A stretch of DNA of 64,000 bases. Source: Saccharolobus islandicus REY15A (GTDB lineage: Archaea; Thermoproteota; Thermoprotei_A; Sulfolobales; Sulfolobaceae). How positions within the stretch are numbered: position 1 is the stretch's first letter; the number at the start of each line of letters is the position of its first letter. Shown piece after piece: positions 23,189 through 37,394 of this stretch. The translations under genes and the position numbers were made by a program. The DNA lies in NCBI RefSeq assembly GCF_000189555.1, contig NC_017276.1, one strand, 5' to 3'. The notes under the pieces were generated by a model. The model did not search any database. It had not been told where the DNA came from and saw only the letters and a list, made by a program, of their open reading frames with translations.

Positions 23189-24394
23189 CTATCGGGAATT
23201 CATCATCTGTTCTGCAAACTCTCTAATTTTTTGTACACCCTCTCTAATAACTTCTTCGTTTACGGCAAAACTTAGTCTTAAAAATTCCTTACCTATATTT
23301 AATGGAAAGACTTCACCAGGTATTGTGACTACACCTTTTTCTTCAATTAGCCTTATTGCAAATGACTTGACGTCGAGCCCACTTATTTTTAGTAACTTAC
23401 CAGCATTTGGGAACATATAGAATGCTCCATTTGGTTTAGATACTTCAATTCCTTTAACCTTAATAAGCTGATCATACATTACGTCTCTTCTCTTCTTAAA
23501 TAGCTTGACCATTTCGTTGACCTCGTCGAAAGTATCAAAGGCTTTTACGGCAGCTTTTTGTACAAAACTTGTAGGGGCAGTGTATATGTTAGCAGCCAAA
23601 ACTCCCATTTTCTGGATAATTTCGCGCTTCGCTACAATATAACCTAATCTCCATCCAGTCATTGAGAAAGTCTTACTAAATCCATTAACGTAAATCAAGA
23701 AATCTCTCCAATCCGAGTCTTCAAGAGTACTTCTCATCTTACCTTCATACACAAAATTATCATAAATTTCATCGGATAGTAAGATAATTTTATTATCCCT
23801 ACTTATATCTACAATTTTCTTAACGTCATTAGGAGAAAATAGAGTACCAGTCGGATTATGAGGATTATTGAATACTATCATTTTGGTTCTTTTTGATATT
23901 TTAGACTGTAGATCATCTACATCTATTGAGAATCCTTCTTTACTCCACTTTAAATTAGTATATATTGGTTTTCCTCCGAGTAACTTAACAACCTCAGCGT
24001 AAGAGTAGAAGGAGGGATCTGGAAGTATTACCTCGTCGCCGGGATTAATGTATAGTATAAAGACTAGGAAAAGCGCAGGCTTAGCACCAGGTGTGACTAT
24101 CACTTCCTCCTTCCTTACGTCAGCACCATATCTAGTATTAAGGTATTGAGCTATTTTTTCCCTTAATTCATCAATACCGAATGCTGAAGTGTAGAAAGTG
24201 AAGCCTTGATCTAGAGCCTCTTTTGCAGCATCCCTTATACGTTTAAATGTAGGTAAATCCGGCTGTCCTATCCCAAAATCGATAATTTTAATCTTCTTAG
24301 TCTTCTCCACATTTCTAGCAATTTCCTTATACAATAAAGTAGTCTCTCCAGTAACTTGCGACATATTTTCGTTGAAGTCTAGTAGTGAGACCAC
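23189..24394 (-). CDS. aspC: Aspartate aminotransferase (class I)
   Basis: [26 protein letters not shown] lysine motif [14 protein letters not shown]. Confidence 0.9.
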   Translation of the reverse strand: MVSLLDFNENMSQVTGETTLLYKEIARNVEKTKKIKIIDFGIGQPDLPTFKRIRDAAKEALDQGFTFYTSAFGIDELREKIAQYLNTRYGADVRKEEVIVTPGAKPALFLVFILYINPGDEVILPDPSFYSYAEVVKLLGGKPIYTNLKWSKEGFSIDVDDLQSKISKRTKMIVFNNPHNPTGTLFSPNDVKKIVDISRDNKIILLSDEIYDNFVYEGKMRSTLEDSDWRDFLIYVNGFSKTFSMTGWRLGYIVAKREIIQKMGVLAANIYTAPTSFVQKAAVKAFDTFDEVNEMVKLFKKRRDVMYDQLIKVKGIEVSKPNGAFYMFPNAGKLLKISGLDVKSFAIRLIEEKGVVTIPGEVFPLNIGKEFLRLSFAVNEEVIREGVQKIREFAEQMMNSR

Positions 24395-24412
24395 AAGTGT
24401 ATATGAAGAACG

Positions 24413-25162
<750 letters not shown>

Positions 25163-25750
25163 TTATACTCTATTCAAGAAATTATAAAGTATCTTATATC
25201 CCAATGAGGTTCCAACACTCTCTGGATGAAATTGAACACCGTATATTGGGTAGTCTTCATGATGTATTGCCATTATCTCATTATCCTCAGCGGATATTGC
25301 ATCGACAATTAGAGGTCTATGAACCTCGTCCACAACAAGACTATGATATCTGGTAGCTTTAAACTCCTTAGCAATGCCGTAATATAGTGGAAGTGGAGAG
25401 TCGTTTACTATAATTATGTTACTTATTTTTCCATGAAATACTTTTCTAGCTCTTCTTATCTTAGCTCCAAATGCATAACCTATAGCTTGATGACCTAGAC
25501 AAACTCCTAGTATTGGAGTTTTTTTGCCTAGATATTTGATAACATCCAATGACACTCCTATATCTTCTCGTTTTTCTGGTGTCCCTGGTCCTGGTGAAAT
25601 TATAATCCTATCTGGGTCTATTCTCTCTATTCCTTTTATACTTATTTCGTCATTTCTGATAACTATTGGATAACTCCCTAATTCTCCCACTATTTGAGCT
25701 ATATTATAAACAAAACTATCATAATTATCTATTATCAAGGTTAGATCCAT
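25163..25750 (-). CDS. trpG: Anthranilate synthase component II (glutamine amidotransferase)
   Basis: [33 protein letters not shown]. Confidence 0.97.
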   Translation of the reverse strand: MDLTLIIDNYDSFVYNIAQIVGELGSYPIVIRNDEISIKGIERIDPDRIIISPGPGTPEKREDIGVSLDVIKYLGKKTPILGVCLGHQAIGYAFGAKIRRARKVFHGKISNIIIVNDSPLPLYYGIAKEFKATRYHSLVVDEVHRPLIVDAISAEDNEIMAIHHEDYPIYGVQFHPESVGTSLGYKILYNFLNRV

Positions 25751-27016
25751 TTAACTCACCCCTATTGCTGTTTTTAGTGCTTTTAGTTTATGTTCAGTTT
25801 CGAAATATTCAGATTCTGGATTAGAGTCATATACTATACCAGCACCAGCATGTATTCGTAACAATTCTTTGTTTAGAAATGCAGTTCTTATGGCTATTGC
25901 GAACTCTGCGTTACCATCAGCTGAGATAAAGCCTACAGCACCAGCATAGGGACCTCTTTTGTACTCCTCTAACGTTTCAATTATATTCATTGCCATTGGT
26001 TTTGGTGCTCCGCTCACTGTACCCGCTGGGAAAGTAGCTGATAAAACGTTTAATGCATTATACTTCTTCTTTAAAGTCCCAATCACTTTTGATACTATAT
26101 GTTGGACATGACTATACTTCTCTACATACATTAATTCTGGTACTCTCACAGTTCCGGGGACACATACTTTACCTAGATCATTTCTAGCCAAATCAACTAA
26201 CATTAAGTGCTCAGCCTTATCCTTTTCTGAGTTCATCAATTCCAATTCCAATTTAAGGTCTTCTTCTTGATCAGACCCCCTAGGTCTAGTGCCAGCTATG
26301 GGATAGGTTTCGACAATATTATCTTGAACTCTGAAAAGTAATTCGGGGCTGGATCCTATTAAGTATTTTTCATCAAATTTAAGATAGAACATGTAAGGAG
26401 AGGGATTTATTCTTCTGAGATTATAATATATTCTTAATGGATCCCCACTAAATAAATATCTATAAAATCTAGATAATACGACCTGAAATATGTAACCCGA
26501 TCTTATATACTCTAGCGATTCAGAAACAATCTTCTCATAGTTGTTCTTATTAAGAGACTCGTCATAAAAGCTTATTCTAAACTCCCCCATATCCCCACAT
26601 CCGCCTACAGAGCTTAAATCGGCATTAACGTATACTTTGCCCTCATTATGATCGTAGATTATGATATTGTCTGGAATAAAGAATTCCGCATAAGGCCAAT
26701 CTTCAGCTGCTGGCTTTAAGTCTCTTATTTTCTCCCAAAATCTTACTGCATCATAGCTTATGTAACCTATCATGCCTCCTTTAAACAAACCCGGTATATC
26801 TACTAATTTCAAATCTTTCAAATAACTATTAAGAATATTTACCGGATCATCATGAATTTTCAGATACCCATTAGTTGACCAAGCTATCACACTATATCTC
26901 GCCTTATATTGAGGGCCACCTATGCTCTCTAGTAATCCAGCTACTTTAAAGTCCCTCTCTATGCACTTAAATACCTCAAATGGAGAGGCAAATTCATTTA
27001 TCGGATGAACTTCCAT
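25751..27016 (-). CDS. trpE: Anthranilate synthase component I
   Basis: [49 protein letters not shown]. Confidence 0.97.
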   Translation of the reverse strand: MEVHPINEFASPFEVFKCIERDFKVAGLLESIGGPQYKARYSVIAWSTNGYLKIHDDPVNILNSYLKDLKLVDIPGLFKGGMIGYISYDAVRFWEKIRDLKPAAEDWPYAEFFIPDNIIIYDHNEGKVYVNADLSSVGGCGDMGEFRISFYDESLNKNNYEKIVSESLEYIRSGYIFQVVLSRFYRYLFSGDPLRIYYNLRRINPSPYMFYLKFDEKYLIGSSPELLFRVQDNIVETYPIAGTRPRGSDQEEDLKLELELMNSEKDKAEHLMLVDLARNDLGKVCVPGTVRVPELMYVEKYSHVQHIVSKVIGTLKKKYNALNVLSATFPAGTVSGAPKPMAMNIIETLEEYKRGPYAGAVGFISADGNAEFAIAIRTAFLNKELLRIHAGAGIVYDSNPESEYFETEHKLKALKTAIGVS

Positions 27017-27608
27017 ATTTTACCATCTCAACTATTTTTTTCACTATATTAATATCTTTTTTGCCAGGATAAATCTCTATACTACTGGAAATATCAAGCC
27101 AAGCAGGATTTAGATCGATAAAGTTAGAAATATTATCTATACTTATTTTTCCACCTACACCTAGGTGAGGGTAATCCTTAAGGAAACTCGATGCAACGTT
27201 ATAATCGACGCCTACGCCTTTCTTTACGGAATCTATTAATACCATATCCACAGTATCCATAGCCTTCTCTAGGTATTTCTTATACTCGAAGGACGCTGGT
27301 ACATATAATATAATTCTTTTTCTAAAATCGTACGATTTAAGCAATTCTAATTCCAAATCGTCTAATACTCTATGTATCTGTAAATAATCTGATATTGATA
27401 ATTCTTTTTCCATTTCACTCATTAAAATATTGACTTTCACATTAACTATCGGTTTTTCAGTATATCTTCTAACAAATGTTAAGAACTCGCTCTTTACGAA
27501 TCTTTGACTTATGGCGTCAGTTATTATTCCTATATAATCTACATTAAGTTTTGAGAGCTCTATGATATCTGATAACGTTGCGTTACCGCATATCTTTAGT
27601 TTAACCAC
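26994..27608 (-). CDS. trpF: N-(5'-phosphoribosyl)anthranilate isomerase
   Basis: KLKICG, LQIH, LIDS, DISSSIE..PGKKD; in the trpF position of the operon. Confidence 0.92.
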   Translation of the reverse strand: MVKLKICGNATLSDIIELSKLNVDYIGIITDAISQRFVKSEFLTFVRRYTEKPIVNVKVNILMSEMEKELSISDYLQIHRVLDDLELELLKSYDFRKRIILYVPASFEYKKYLEKAMDTVDMVLIDSVKKGVGVDYNVASSFLKDYPHLGVGGKISIDNISNFIDLNPAWLDISSSIEIYPGKKDINIVKKIVEMVKYGSSSDK

Positions 27609-28624
27609 TACTCTTCACCATTATCGTTTTCAGTTTAGTTAGATCTCCATTAAGTGAGATTATCTCATTTAATTTATTTACGGAATTTTCTATTAAATAC
27701 TTAGCGTACTCATAGCCTTCCTTAAAATCGCTCACTTTATCTAATGCAAAAAGCGCAACTGCGGTGTTTATCTTAATGAATTCAGCTACATGTTCATCTT
27801 TCCCTAGAAATGCCCTAACTATTTTTATTGCTGAATCCTCAGCAGAATTTACTATTAACTTATCTATTGGAATTGATGATATACCGAAATCAGTTACGTC
27901 AAACTTGACTTCTTCTATACCGCGCTTACTTACTATCTTCATAAAAGTTTTTCCTATCGGACTTACCTCATCTATGCCTGGCTCTCCATGTACTAAAATT
28001 ACTTTATTGAAATCTAATTCATACGCGCTTTTTGACAATAAATCCAAATAATCTTTAGAAAACACTCCCATTAACTGATACTTCGCATTGGCTGGATTAG
28101 TCAATGGACCTAGAATATTGAAAATAGTTCTAATCCCTAAAGTTTTTCTCACATTGGCAACGTTCTTCATTGCAGGATGATAGTATTGTGCGAAGAGGAA
28201 AACGAAATTCGTTTTGTGGACTAATTCTTTTGCTCTTTCTGGTGGAACTATAATATTATAGCCTAAAGCTTCAAGAACATCAGCACTACCACTTTTACCA
28301 CTTACTGCCCTATTACCGTGTTTGGCAACTGGATTAATTAAACTCAATAGGATTGCAGATGCGGTACTAACGTTTACTGTTCCTAATCCGTCGCCACCTG
28401 TACCAGCTGTGTCTATTGCGTTGGGTACGTCTATTTTGATTGCTAATTCTCTCATTGCCCTGGCAAAACCTACTATTTCATTTTTACTTTCACCTTTCAT
28501 TCTTAGTGCTACTAAAATTGCTGATACTAAAATCTCTGGAACTTCACCTCTAATTATAGCCTTAGCTAATTCTTCAGCCTCATCAATTTCCAAATCTGAT
28601 TTATTTATGAGTTTTTTAAGAATA

Positions 28625-28638
<14 letters not shown>
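27601..28638 (-). CDS. trpD: Anthranilate phosphoribosyltransferase
   Basis: [40 protein letters not shown]. Confidence 0.97.
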
Positions 28639-29348
<710 letters not shown>

Positions 29349-29362
<14 letters not shown>

Positions 29363-30626
29363 TCAACCTTTTCATCATGGATTCGTAATTTGATAGATCC
29401 AACAATCCATGTCCACTTAGATTAAAGACGATGACTTTTCGCTCATTATTCTTCCTAGCTTCTATAGCTTCATCGACCACTGCCTTTATCGCATGGGCTG
29501 ATTCTGGTGCTGGTACAATACCTTGATTCTCCATAAATATCTTAGCGGCGTCGAAAATCTCCCTTTCATTATATTCTCTCCATTCCACAATACCCTCCTT
29601 TGCTAACAAACTTAATGTTGGTGCTACACCATGATATCTTAACCCGCCTGCATATATTGGCGGAGGAACGTAATCTTTACCTAAAGTTATCATTTTCACT
29701 AAAGGTAATAATCCAGCAGAGTCTGGAAAATCGTACTTATATTCACCTTTACTAAACTTTGGAATTTCTGCAGAACTTACTGCAATGTAGCGTTTGCCTT
29801 TCTTGTTTCCGATAAAGGGATATGTAAAACCACCAAAATTGCTCCCACCTCCTACGCATCCAATTAGAATATCAGCGTCTTCTCCTAACAAATCCAATTG
29901 GGTAATAGTCTCTTGACCAATAACGCTTTGATGCAAAAGTACTACATCTAAAACGCTACCTACTAAATATCTAAATTCGTTCTTAAGAGCATACTCTATT
30001 GCCTCACTCATTGCTATACCTAGTGATCCAGGATGCTGTGGATTTGTCTCTAATATCTTCTTACCGTATTCAGTTAAGTTTGTGGGGCTTGCATAAACAT
30101 TAGCCCCATATAATTGCATTATGCTCCTTCTCATCGGTTTTTGTTCATAACTTACCTTTACCATGAAGATAGTACTTTTCATATTATACATACTAGCTGC
30201 AAGTGCTACTGCAGTTCCCCATTGACCTGCTCCAGTTTCAGTAACTACGTGATCAATTCCCTCTTCTTTTGCGAAATATGCCTGAGGAATTGCTGTATTT
30301 ATCTTATGAGATCCAGTAGGTGTAGCGCCTTCATATTTAAAGTAGATTCTTGCTGGTGTCTTTAAGTACTCCTCTAATCTTTTAGCTCTAAATAATGGAG
30401 TTGGTCTTCCTATCGATAAATATCTATCTCTTACTTCCTCAGGGATCTTTATGTATCTTTCTATTGTGAATTGTTGCCTTAATACCTCCTTAGGTAGTAT
30501 ACTTCTTAATAAATCAATTCTCGAGAAATCTGCCCCTTGTGGATCCCTTGGAGGAGGCAAGGGTTTAGGCAGATCGGGAATTATATTGTACCAGTACTTA
30601 GGCAAAATCTCGTCTTCTTTTACCAT
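29349..30626 (-). CDS. trpB: Tryptophan synthase beta chain, TrpB2 type (operon copy)
   Basis: Long TrpB2-type N-terminus, [34 protein letters not shown]. Confidence 0.95.
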
Positions 30627-30677
30627 TGGTACATCAGAAGCACCGATAGATTATAAACGTTTTTACCTTATAAACTT

Positions 30678-30950
30678 TTAGTATGTTTCGAAATCCTCAA
30701 ATTCTCCCTTATATTCACTAAACGAGAAATCTACCTTCTCTACTTCAGCTGCTGGTGGACCTTGCTTAATACGTTCCAATAATTTACTTAACGCTTCCTC
30801 ATAACCTTCTGCAACCACTTCTACCGAACCATCGGGTAAATTCTTAGCATATCCCTTTATACCTAACCTTATAGCGTGAATTTGGACAAATTTTCTAAAA
30901 CCAACACCTTGCACTAGCCCATACACGCGAGCGTACATGCGCTTTAGCAT
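30678..30950 (-). CDS. acyP: Acylphosphatase
   Basis: [11 protein letters not shown] and [16 protein letters not shown] at 30950 lies 7 nt after SD GAGGTG (30963-30958). Confidence 0.95.
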   Translation of the reverse strand: MLKRMYARVYGLVQGVGFRKFVQIHAIRLGIKGYAKNLPDGSVEVVAEGYEEALSKLLERIKQGPPAAEVEKVDFSFSEYKGEFEDFETY

Positions 30951-31043
30951 TTTCAAACACCTCAGTGTCGCTCCACTTCTTCACAGATCTGTTTTTTCCC
31001 TTTCATCACAACATATTTTATCTAGTTATTTAACTTAAAGTTG

Positions 31044-32123
31044 ATGATTCGAGTAGCAATAGCTGGCTTAGGTAATTGCGCATCAATGTTAATTCAAGGA
31101 ATAGAATATTATAAGTCAAAAGGCGATAATTATTATGAGGGATTAATTACTCCGATAATTGGGGGTTATAAAATTACCGATATAGAGATTGTAGCAGCAT
31201 TCGACGTTTCAAAAAATAAAATAGGAAAGGATCTTGCAGAGGCCATATTTCAGCCTCCAAATATTACACCAAAGATAGTGAATATGGAGAAGAAAGGCGT
31301 AAAAGTAAGTGCGGGACCCGTTCTTGATGGTGTAGCCCAACATATGACTAACGTTTTTAATCCTACTTATGATGGCACATTGGAAAAAGCATTAGACGAA
31401 TTAAAAGCTAGCAAAACAGAAATTCTACTTAATTTATTGCCTGTTGGAAGTGAAAATGCGACGAGGACATATGCAAATATAGCACTAATGGCAAGGACTG
31501 CGTTTATAAACGCAATACCCGTGTTTATTGCTAGTGATCCTTCAGGTTACTTTCCTAATAAATTCAAAGAGAAAAACTTGCCATTAGCAGGTGATGATAT
31601 TAAGAGTCAATTAGGGGCTACCATATTCCATAGGTCAATTACTTCACTCTTCAGACTGAGAGGGGTAAAAGTTGAGGAAACTTATCAATTAAACGTGGGC
31701 GGGAATACAGACTTTCTGAACATGAAGACAGAAGAAAGGCTAATATCTAAAAGAATAAGCAAAACAGAAGCAGTAACTAGCACACTAGATAACGGAGAGG
31801 TGATAAAAAGCGAGGGAAAAATAAGGATAGGGCCTAGCGATTATGTGCCATTTTTAGGAAATACGAAAGTAGCCTACATTTACGTAAAAGGAAGTGCGTT
31901 TGCAGGTATGCCAATTAAAGTAGAAGCTTCCTTAGAGGTTGATGATAAAGCTAACTGTGCCGCAGTATTAGTAGATGTTATAAGGGCAGTTAAGGTTGCC
32001 TTGGATAGAAAGATAGGTGGTCCACTTGAAAAAGTATCTGCGTTTTACTTTAAACACCCACCAATTCAGGCTAAAGACGACGAAGAAGCCTATAGATGGT
32101 TTAAAGAGTTCATTGAAATGTGA
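31044..32123 (+). CDS. ino1: myo-inositol-1-phosphate synthase
   Basis: [50 protein letters not shown]. Confidence 0.93.
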   Translation: MIRVAIAGLGNCASMLIQGIEYYKSKGDNYYEGLITPIIGGYKITDIEIVAAFDVSKNKIGKDLAEAIFQPPNITPKIVNMEKKGVKVSAGPVLDGVAQHMTNVFNPTYDGTLEKALDELKASKTEILLNLLPVGSENATRTYANIALMARTAFINAIPVFIASDPSGYFPNKFKEKNLPLAGDDIKSQLGATIFHRSITSLFRLRGVKVEETYQLNVGGNTDFLNMKTEERLISKRISKTEAVTSTLDNGEVIKSEGKIRIGPSDYVPFLGNTKVAYIYVKGSAFAGMPIKVEASLEVDDKANCAAVLVDVIRAVKVALDRKIGGPLEKVSAFYFKHPPIQAKDDEEAYRWFKEFIEM

Positions 32124-32364
32124 AATCTGTGAAGAGAACATCTCATTTTTTACGTGTAATTTATGTGGAAGGCAAGTGTGTAGTAATGATTACGTAACAG
32201 ATAAAGGAATTTGTAAAGTTTGTGAAATGAGTCTATGCAAACTTTGTCAAAAACACTTGTCAATAGGCTCATGTGAAATCTGCGGAAATACGGTTTGTGA
32301 AGAATGTACAGCGTATTTCGATGGTGCTAGAAGAATATGTAAAAATTGTTATAATAAAAAATAA
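32113..32364 (+). CDS. Cys-rich tandem zinc-finger protein (83 aa, 15 Cys)
   Basis: TTG start overlapping the ino1 end (MKCEIC...). Two repeats of CxxC-x8-CxxCG-x3-CxxC/D-x7-10-CxxC. The 32 upstream residues in the ORF track are probably not translated. Confidence 0.8.
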   Translation: MKCEICEENISFFTCNLCGRQVCSNDYVTDKGICKVCEMSLCKLCQKHLSIGSCEICGNTVCEECTAYFDGARRICKNCYNKK

Positions 32365-32375
32365 TTAAAAATTAT

Positions 32376-34763
32376 CTACTTGTTCTTCCTTTTTTCCATA
32401 AGGTTTCTAAGTATAATTTGTTGCTCGATAGAAGCTACTTGCCTCCTAACATTAATAACTGCATCTGGATTTACACTAATACTATCTATTCCAGCTTTGA
32501 CCAAATATTCAACAACTGCTGGATAAACACTAGGTGCTTGTCCACATATTGAGACAGTTTTGCCATACTTATGAGCAGCTCTGATTAGCTTTCTTATGGA
32601 CTCCAAAACAGCTGGATCTCTCTCATCATAATATCCCATCCTCGCTAGTAACTCGGAATCCCTGTCAACACCTAAAGTTAATTGTGCTAAATCGTTACTA
32701 CCTATGCTGAATCCATCAACTATCTTCGCAAACTCCTCTGCAAGAACAACAACTGAGGGGACTTCTGCCATTATCCATACCTTGAAATCTGAATCTCTTC
32801 TTAAACCTTCCTCCTCCATTATTTTTATTGCATTTTCTAGTTCCCATGTAGTTCTGACAAAGGGAAACATTACCCATACGTTCTTAAGTCCCATCTCCTC
32901 CCTAACTTTGCGTATAGCCTTAACCTCTAGCCTAAATGCTGGTTCGTACTCTTTGCTTACATATCTGGATACTCCTCTCCAACCTATCATTGGATTCCTC
33001 TCATCTGGTTCAAACTCCTCTCCACCAATCAATTTCTTATATTCATTAGTTTTGAAATCTGAAAATCTGACAACAACTGGCCTAGGATATATTGCACTTG
33101 CTACTTTGGCTATACCCTCAGCTAACTTATCCACAAATAATTCTGCATTACCTATTTTTATTAGATAAAGTGGATGATACCTAACCCACTCACTTACAAT
33201 AAACTCAATTCTCATAAGGCCTATTCCATCAAAGGGAAGATCCAAATACTTGTCTATAACGTCAGGTTCACCCAAGTTCATGTAGATTTTAGTTGCAGTA
33301 ACTGGATAAAGACTCAATAGGACTTCCCTACTTATTCCTTGAATTCCAGTTGATGGTTGAGCTTGTTGAGATACAGTCTCAGTTGCTTGAATTACCTTAC
33401 CCTCATACACAATACCCCTAATTGCATCTACAGTGATCTCTTGATTATCTTGTATTACCTTAGTTGCTTCTCTACTACCAACTATAGCTGGAATTCCCAG
33501 CTCTCTGGATACAATAGCAGCATGGCTCGTCATTCCTCCCTCATCTGTTATTATTGCCCCAGCTATCTTCATTAACGGTACCCAATCCGGATCTGTCATT
33601 TTCGTAACTAAGATGTCACCCTTCTTAAACTCATGAATTTTAGGATCTTTAATGTCGAGTATAATTTTTGCCTTACCAAAAGCTATACCCGGAGAAGCTG
33701 CAAGCCCCCTAACTAATACTTTGCCACTTACAGAAGCAGAACTCTTTTCCACAGCACTCTTAGTTTCTTTCCTTTTAGAAGACCAGAAAGTTTCCGGCCT
33801 AGCTTGAACTATGAAGATATTCTCAGGGAAACTTAGATCATTATCGATAGCCCACTCAATATCCATTGGCCTCTTGTAATGCTCTTCAATCTTAAGTGCT
33901 AGTTTTGCTAGTTCTATTGCCTCTTCGTCTGTTATACTCATTGCTCTAGATTCCTTTTCATCTAAGGTAATGGTAACGTTCTTCTTAAGTTGTTTATCAT
34001 ATACGATTTTAATATTCTTATTAGAAACCTTTTTTTCTGTAATTCTTAAGGTAGACTTTTCTATTAAAACCTCATCTGGGGTGACCTTACCGCCAACTAC
34101 ACTTTCTCCTAAACCCCAATTAGATTCTATCATGATATACTTTTCATCTCCAGTAACTGGATGTAGAGTAAACATTACTCCAGCAGATCTTGAATTAACC
34201 ATTTTTTGAACAACTACAGCTATAAGTACTGATAAGTCATCTATACCTTTACTCTTTCTATATTCTATAGCCCTTGCGTTATAGAGACTAGCCCATACAT
34301 CCTTAATCCTATCAATAAGTTCGTCCTTAGTAACATTAAGGTAAGTATCTTGCTGTCCAGCAAAACTGGCCGTCTCAATGTCCTCTGCAGTAGCTGAAGA
34401 CCTTACAGCTACTAAGATTTCTTTTCCAACTTTTTTACTTAATTCATCATAGGCCTGATATATCATACTACTCAATTTCTCTGGAATCTTAGCATTCTTT
34501 ATCAATTGTTTTATTTTTTCACTAGCCTCCTCGGAGGTTTCACAACTATTTAAAGTCTCTCTAATTTTGTCAAAAAGGTTGTTGTATTCAAGAAAATATT
34601 TAAAAGCTTTAGAAGTAAGTATAAAGGCTGGAGGTACTCTAACTCCAATGCTCGTTAACTCCCCAAGGTTTGCGCCTTTGCCTCCAGCTAATTGTACCAT
34701 ATCCTTAGTGACTTGACTTACGTCGAGAATGAGGTCTTCTTCACTACTAATTGCCTCAACCAA
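32376..34763 (-). CDS. ppsA: Phosphoenolpyruvate synthase (pyruvate,water dikinase)
   Basis: [29 protein letters not shown], phospho-His motif [27 protein letters not shown] 34763 with SD GGGGAG is the likely start. Confidence 0.96.
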   Translation of the reverse strand: MVEAISSEEDLILDVSQVTKDMVQLAGGKGANLGELTSIGVRVPPAFILTSKAFKYFLEYNNLFDKIRETLNSCETSEEASEKIKQLIKNAKIPEKLSSMIYQAYDELSKKVGKEILVAVRSSATAEDIETASFAGQQDTYLNVTKDELIDRIKDVWASLYNARAIEYRKSKGIDDLSVLIAVVVQKMVNSRSAGVMFTLHPVTGDEKYIMIESNWGLGESVVGGKVTPDEVLIEKSTLRITEKKVSNKNIKIVYDKQLKKNVTITLDEKESRAMSITDEEAIELAKLALKIEEHYKRPMDIEWAIDNDLSFPENIFIVQARPETFWSSKRKETKSAVEKSSASVSGKVLVRGLAASPGIAFGKAKIILDIKDPKIHEFKKGDILVTKMTDPDWVPLMKIAGAIITDEGGMTSHAAIVSRELGIPAIVGSREATKVIQDNQEITVDAIRGIVYEGKVIQATETVSQQAQPSTGIQGISREVLLSLYPVTATKIYMNLGEPDVIDKYLDLPFDGIGLMRIEFIVSEWVRYHPLYLIKIGNAELFVDKLAEGIAKVASAIYPRPVVVRFSDFKTNEYKKLIGGEEFEPDERNPMIGWRGVSRYVSKEYEPAFRLEVKAIRKVREEMGLKNVWVMFPFVRTTWELENAIKIMEEEGLRRDSDFKVWIMAEVPSVVVLAEEFAKIVDGFSIGSNDLAQLTLGVDRDSELLARMGYYDERDPAVLESIRKLIRAAHKYGKTVSICGQAPSVYPAVVEYLVKAGIDSISVNPDAVINVRRQVASIEQQIILRNLMEKRKNK

Positions 34764-34852
34764 AAGGAAACTCCCCAATATATATTACCAATCCAAACCT
34801 TAAAAAACTATTTTACCGTATAAATCTTAGGAAAAAATCTATGAATCAGATA

Positions 34853-35518
34853 TTATTTCTGCTCTTGATTAGATACTTTCTGAGTAGAGGTAACGAAGCT
34901 TGGCAATTCTGGGAACTTCTCTTTCATTCTCTGCTCAGCAACAACAGAAGCTTCTTCTAATATCTTCCTTGCCTCTGGGCTTGAAGCACCATAGTTGGCT
35001 GGCGCACCAGTAAAGTCCCCTGCTTCTATTACTACCTCTTGTAATCCCTCCTCTAATTCTGCTAGCTCCAAACTTATCTCTGGCATAACTCCTTTCATCG
35101 CATTTCTTAGCTCTTTTATAACACCAAGTACTGGTATTAGGCTGTTAAATACATCTCCAAGCTCAGTTATCGTCTCTAACCTGAGTTGTACTTGCTCTAG
35201 GGCAATTTGTGTAGTAATTAGCTGCCTGGAAATCTTCCTAATCTCAGCTATTTCATTAGCATACATAGCTGCTCTTGCCGTATCCTTTGACATCTGAGAT
35301 TCTACGACCTTTTCGAATAGAGTCCTATCTCTCTCTTGTAATCTTGAAATGTAAACGTCAAGACGACTTACCATTGTCCTTAATCTGTAGTTTGCCATTA
35401 CTAATCTATACCTTAGTGGTTGCTGTGGCTTGAACGCATTCTTTATTCTTTCACCAATACTTGGCTCTTGTTTACCTCCCCAATTCTTTACGAAATCTTC
35501 CACTTTACTTGAGGCCAT
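34853..35518 (-). CDS. cdvB2: ESCRT-III paralog (CdvB2/ESCRT-III-2-like)
   Basis: Snf7 core clearly paralogous to cdvB ([27 protein letters not shown]), MIM2-like KEKFPELPS, no winged helix. The B2 rather than B1 assignment rests on recalled synteny. Confidence 0.8.
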   Translation of the reverse strand: MASSKVEDFVKNWGGKQEPSIGERIKNAFKPQQPLRYRLVMANYRLRTMVSRLDVYISRLQERDRTLFEKVVESQMSKDTARAAMYANEIAEIRKISRQLITTQIALEQVQLRLETITELGDVFNSLIPVLGVIKELRNAMKGVMPEISLELAELEEGLQEVVIEAGDFTGAPANYGASSPEARKILEEASVVAEQRMKEKFPELPSFVTSTQKVSNQEQK

Positions 35519-35552
35519 TTCGGCTCTAATCTACATCTTTGATAGTCTACGC

Positions 35553-35579
35553 TTTTTAAGTACGATAAGGCATAATACT
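35553..35579 (-). promoter_or_regulatory. cdvB2 promoter: TATA CTTAAAAA (35560-35553) with an AGTATTA box (35579-35573)
   Basis: Same CTTAAAA TATA and same-orientation AGTATTA as in the cdvA promoter, but 12 nt apart. Confidence 0.55.
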
Positions 35580-35599
35580 CGAAAAAACTATATTCATAT

Positions 35600-35881
35600 A
35601 TGAATCCTTTCGTAGTGAAATTAACAGGGAGAATCCTTAAAATAACTAGTAATTTAGAGTATTCGGTACAAATTTTGGAAATAATTCTAAAATATAATAT
35701 CACTGTAAATATGATAGACGATAAAGTTGGGCTTAAGGCAATTACAGATAGTGTAAAGGTGAATAAAGAATTAAGAAAAAACGAATCATTGGAAATAGAG
35801 ACTAAGTTAGAAGATATAAGTGAGGTTTCAATAATATATAGAGATACGATGATGGTTAGGAGGTTTGATATCTCTTTATAA
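35600..35881 (+). CDS. Hypothetical protein
   Basis: 93 aa ORF filling the gap; 26-nt convergent overlap with ubiD. No motif recognised. Confidence 0.45.
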   Translation: MNPFVVKLTGRILKITSNLEYSVQILEIILKYNITVNMIDDKVGLKAITDSVKVNKELRKNESLEIETKLEDISEVSIIYRDTMMVRRFDISL

Positions 35882-37301
35882 TTTTATTTATTATTTCATC
35901 TGCTTTTTTAGCCACTCCCTCGTCTGACCTAACCTCTTCTGGCCATTCTTTTCCCATTTCTTCTTTAAACTTCCTAGTAGCGTCTATACCTAGTTTACTA
36001 CCTAATGGTGGAAATGGAACACTAGGGTCCAATGAGTCCGTAAGTGCATTTTCTATTACCCAAACATCACGTTTAGGGTCTACATTAGCTGCAATAGCGT
36101 AAATAACTTGATTAATATCATGAACGTCTATATCTTGATCAACAATTATTATAGTCTTTAAAAGGCTTAGCTGACCAGTACCCCATAGAGCCATCATAAC
36201 TCTCTTGGCCTGGCCAGGGTAATATTTCTTTATAGAGAATATACCAATCCCAGTAAATAGGCCATATTCTGGTAGATTCATGTCGACAAGTTCTGGAACT
36301 AGCATCTTGGCAAAAGGTAAGAATATCCTTTCTACAGCCTTACCTATCCAAGCATCCTCAAGTGGTGGTTTGCCTACTGATGTTACGTGAAATATGGGGT
36401 CTTCTCTAATGTATACTTTTTCCAATTTGAAAACTGGATAGTAATCTGCTGGTGTGTAATAACCCATATGATCTCCAAAGGGACCCTCTAGACGCATGTC
36501 ATTCAAGTCAACATAACCAGTTAAAACTACTTCTGAATGACTCGGTACTAGCAACTTATCATCTAGTTCAGTTACATCAACTCCCTCACCTCTCAAGATT
36601 CCCGCAAACATATACTTATCTATTCCATGAGGGACTGGAGAAGCTGCTGTAAATGCTATAGCAGGATCCACTCCGGTTACTATGGCAATAGGTATCTTGG
36701 TAGTGCCTTTTTCTAAATATCTTTTAGCAGTAAGCGCGCCTCTTTTAAAGGCTTGCCAATGAATTATAGCCTCCTTTTCGTTTAGAATTTGAATTCTATA
36801 AACGCTAAGATTATGAACATCTGTCTCTGGGTCCTTTGTTATTGTTATGGAAAAGGTAAGGTATCTTCCGGCATCTTTAGGCCAGGTTTTTATTGCAGGA
36901 ATCTTAGCCAGATCTAAATTCTTTTCCTCTTTAAAATTAGGTGTCTTAGCTTTAGGCATTACTTTTCCTAGTCCTAAAATTTCCCTAAGTGATTTTATTT
37001 TATCAAAAAATGTGATAGGCATATTGGACAAATTTGATAGAAATCCTTCCGATATTGATTCTAGTTTATTCGTTCCAAAAATCTCGTAAAAGCTTTCAAT
37101 TGAATAGAAAATATTGGAGATTATTTTCCAATTCTCATAATTTTTAATCCTTTTGAATAAAAGAGGGGGTAAATGAGCATAAGTTGCTTTTCTTGTGATT
37201 TCAGTTATTTCTAAATCGACGCTTACTTCCTCATCAACTTCAATTAGCTTATTTCTCTTTTTCATAAATTCTATATAGTCTCTAAGATCTTTGAACGCCA
37301 T
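35856..37301 (-). CDS. ubiD: UbiD family (prFMN-dependent) decarboxylase
   Basis: [51 protein letters not shown] at 37301 preferred. Confidence 0.88.
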   Translation of the reverse strand: MAFKDLRDYIEFMKKRNKLIEVDEEVSVDLEITEITRKATYAHLPPLLFKRIKNYENWKIISNIFYSIESFYEIFGTNKLESISEGFLSNLSNMPITFFDKIKSLREILGLGKVMPKAKTPNFKEEKNLDLAKIPAIKTWPKDAGRYLTFSITITKDPETDVHNLSVYRIQILNEKEAIIHWQAFKRGALTAKRYLEKGTTKIPIAIVTGVDPAIAFTAASPVPHGIDKYMFAGILRGEGVDVTELDDKLLVPSHSEVVLTGYVDLNDMRLEGPFGDHMGYYTPADYYPVFKLEKVYIREDPIFHVTSVGKPPLEDAWIGKAVERIFLPFAKMLVPELVDMNLPEYGLFTGIGIFSIKKYYPGQAKRVMMALWGTGQLSLLKTIIIVDQDIDVHDINQVIYAIAANVDPKRDVWVIENALTDSLDPSVPFPPLGSKLGIDATRKFKEEMGKEWPEEVRSDEGVAKKADEIINKIIKRYQTS

Positions 37302-37394
37302 GTGATTATTATACTTCAACAAAGCTTATATTTTGAAGAACAAACCACTTTAAACAGCTGGTGAATTGTTGTTGGAAACACACTAAGCGGAATA

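Noticed and set aside
30627-30677. Trp-rich leader peptide upstream of trpB
   Set aside because: The gap is only about 50 bp, with TATA boxes positioned for a leaderless trpB. No Trp-codon uORF is present.
37302-37394. Thr-rich leader upstream of thrC
   Set aside because: No Thr-codon run; the space is accounted for by the two divergent promoters.
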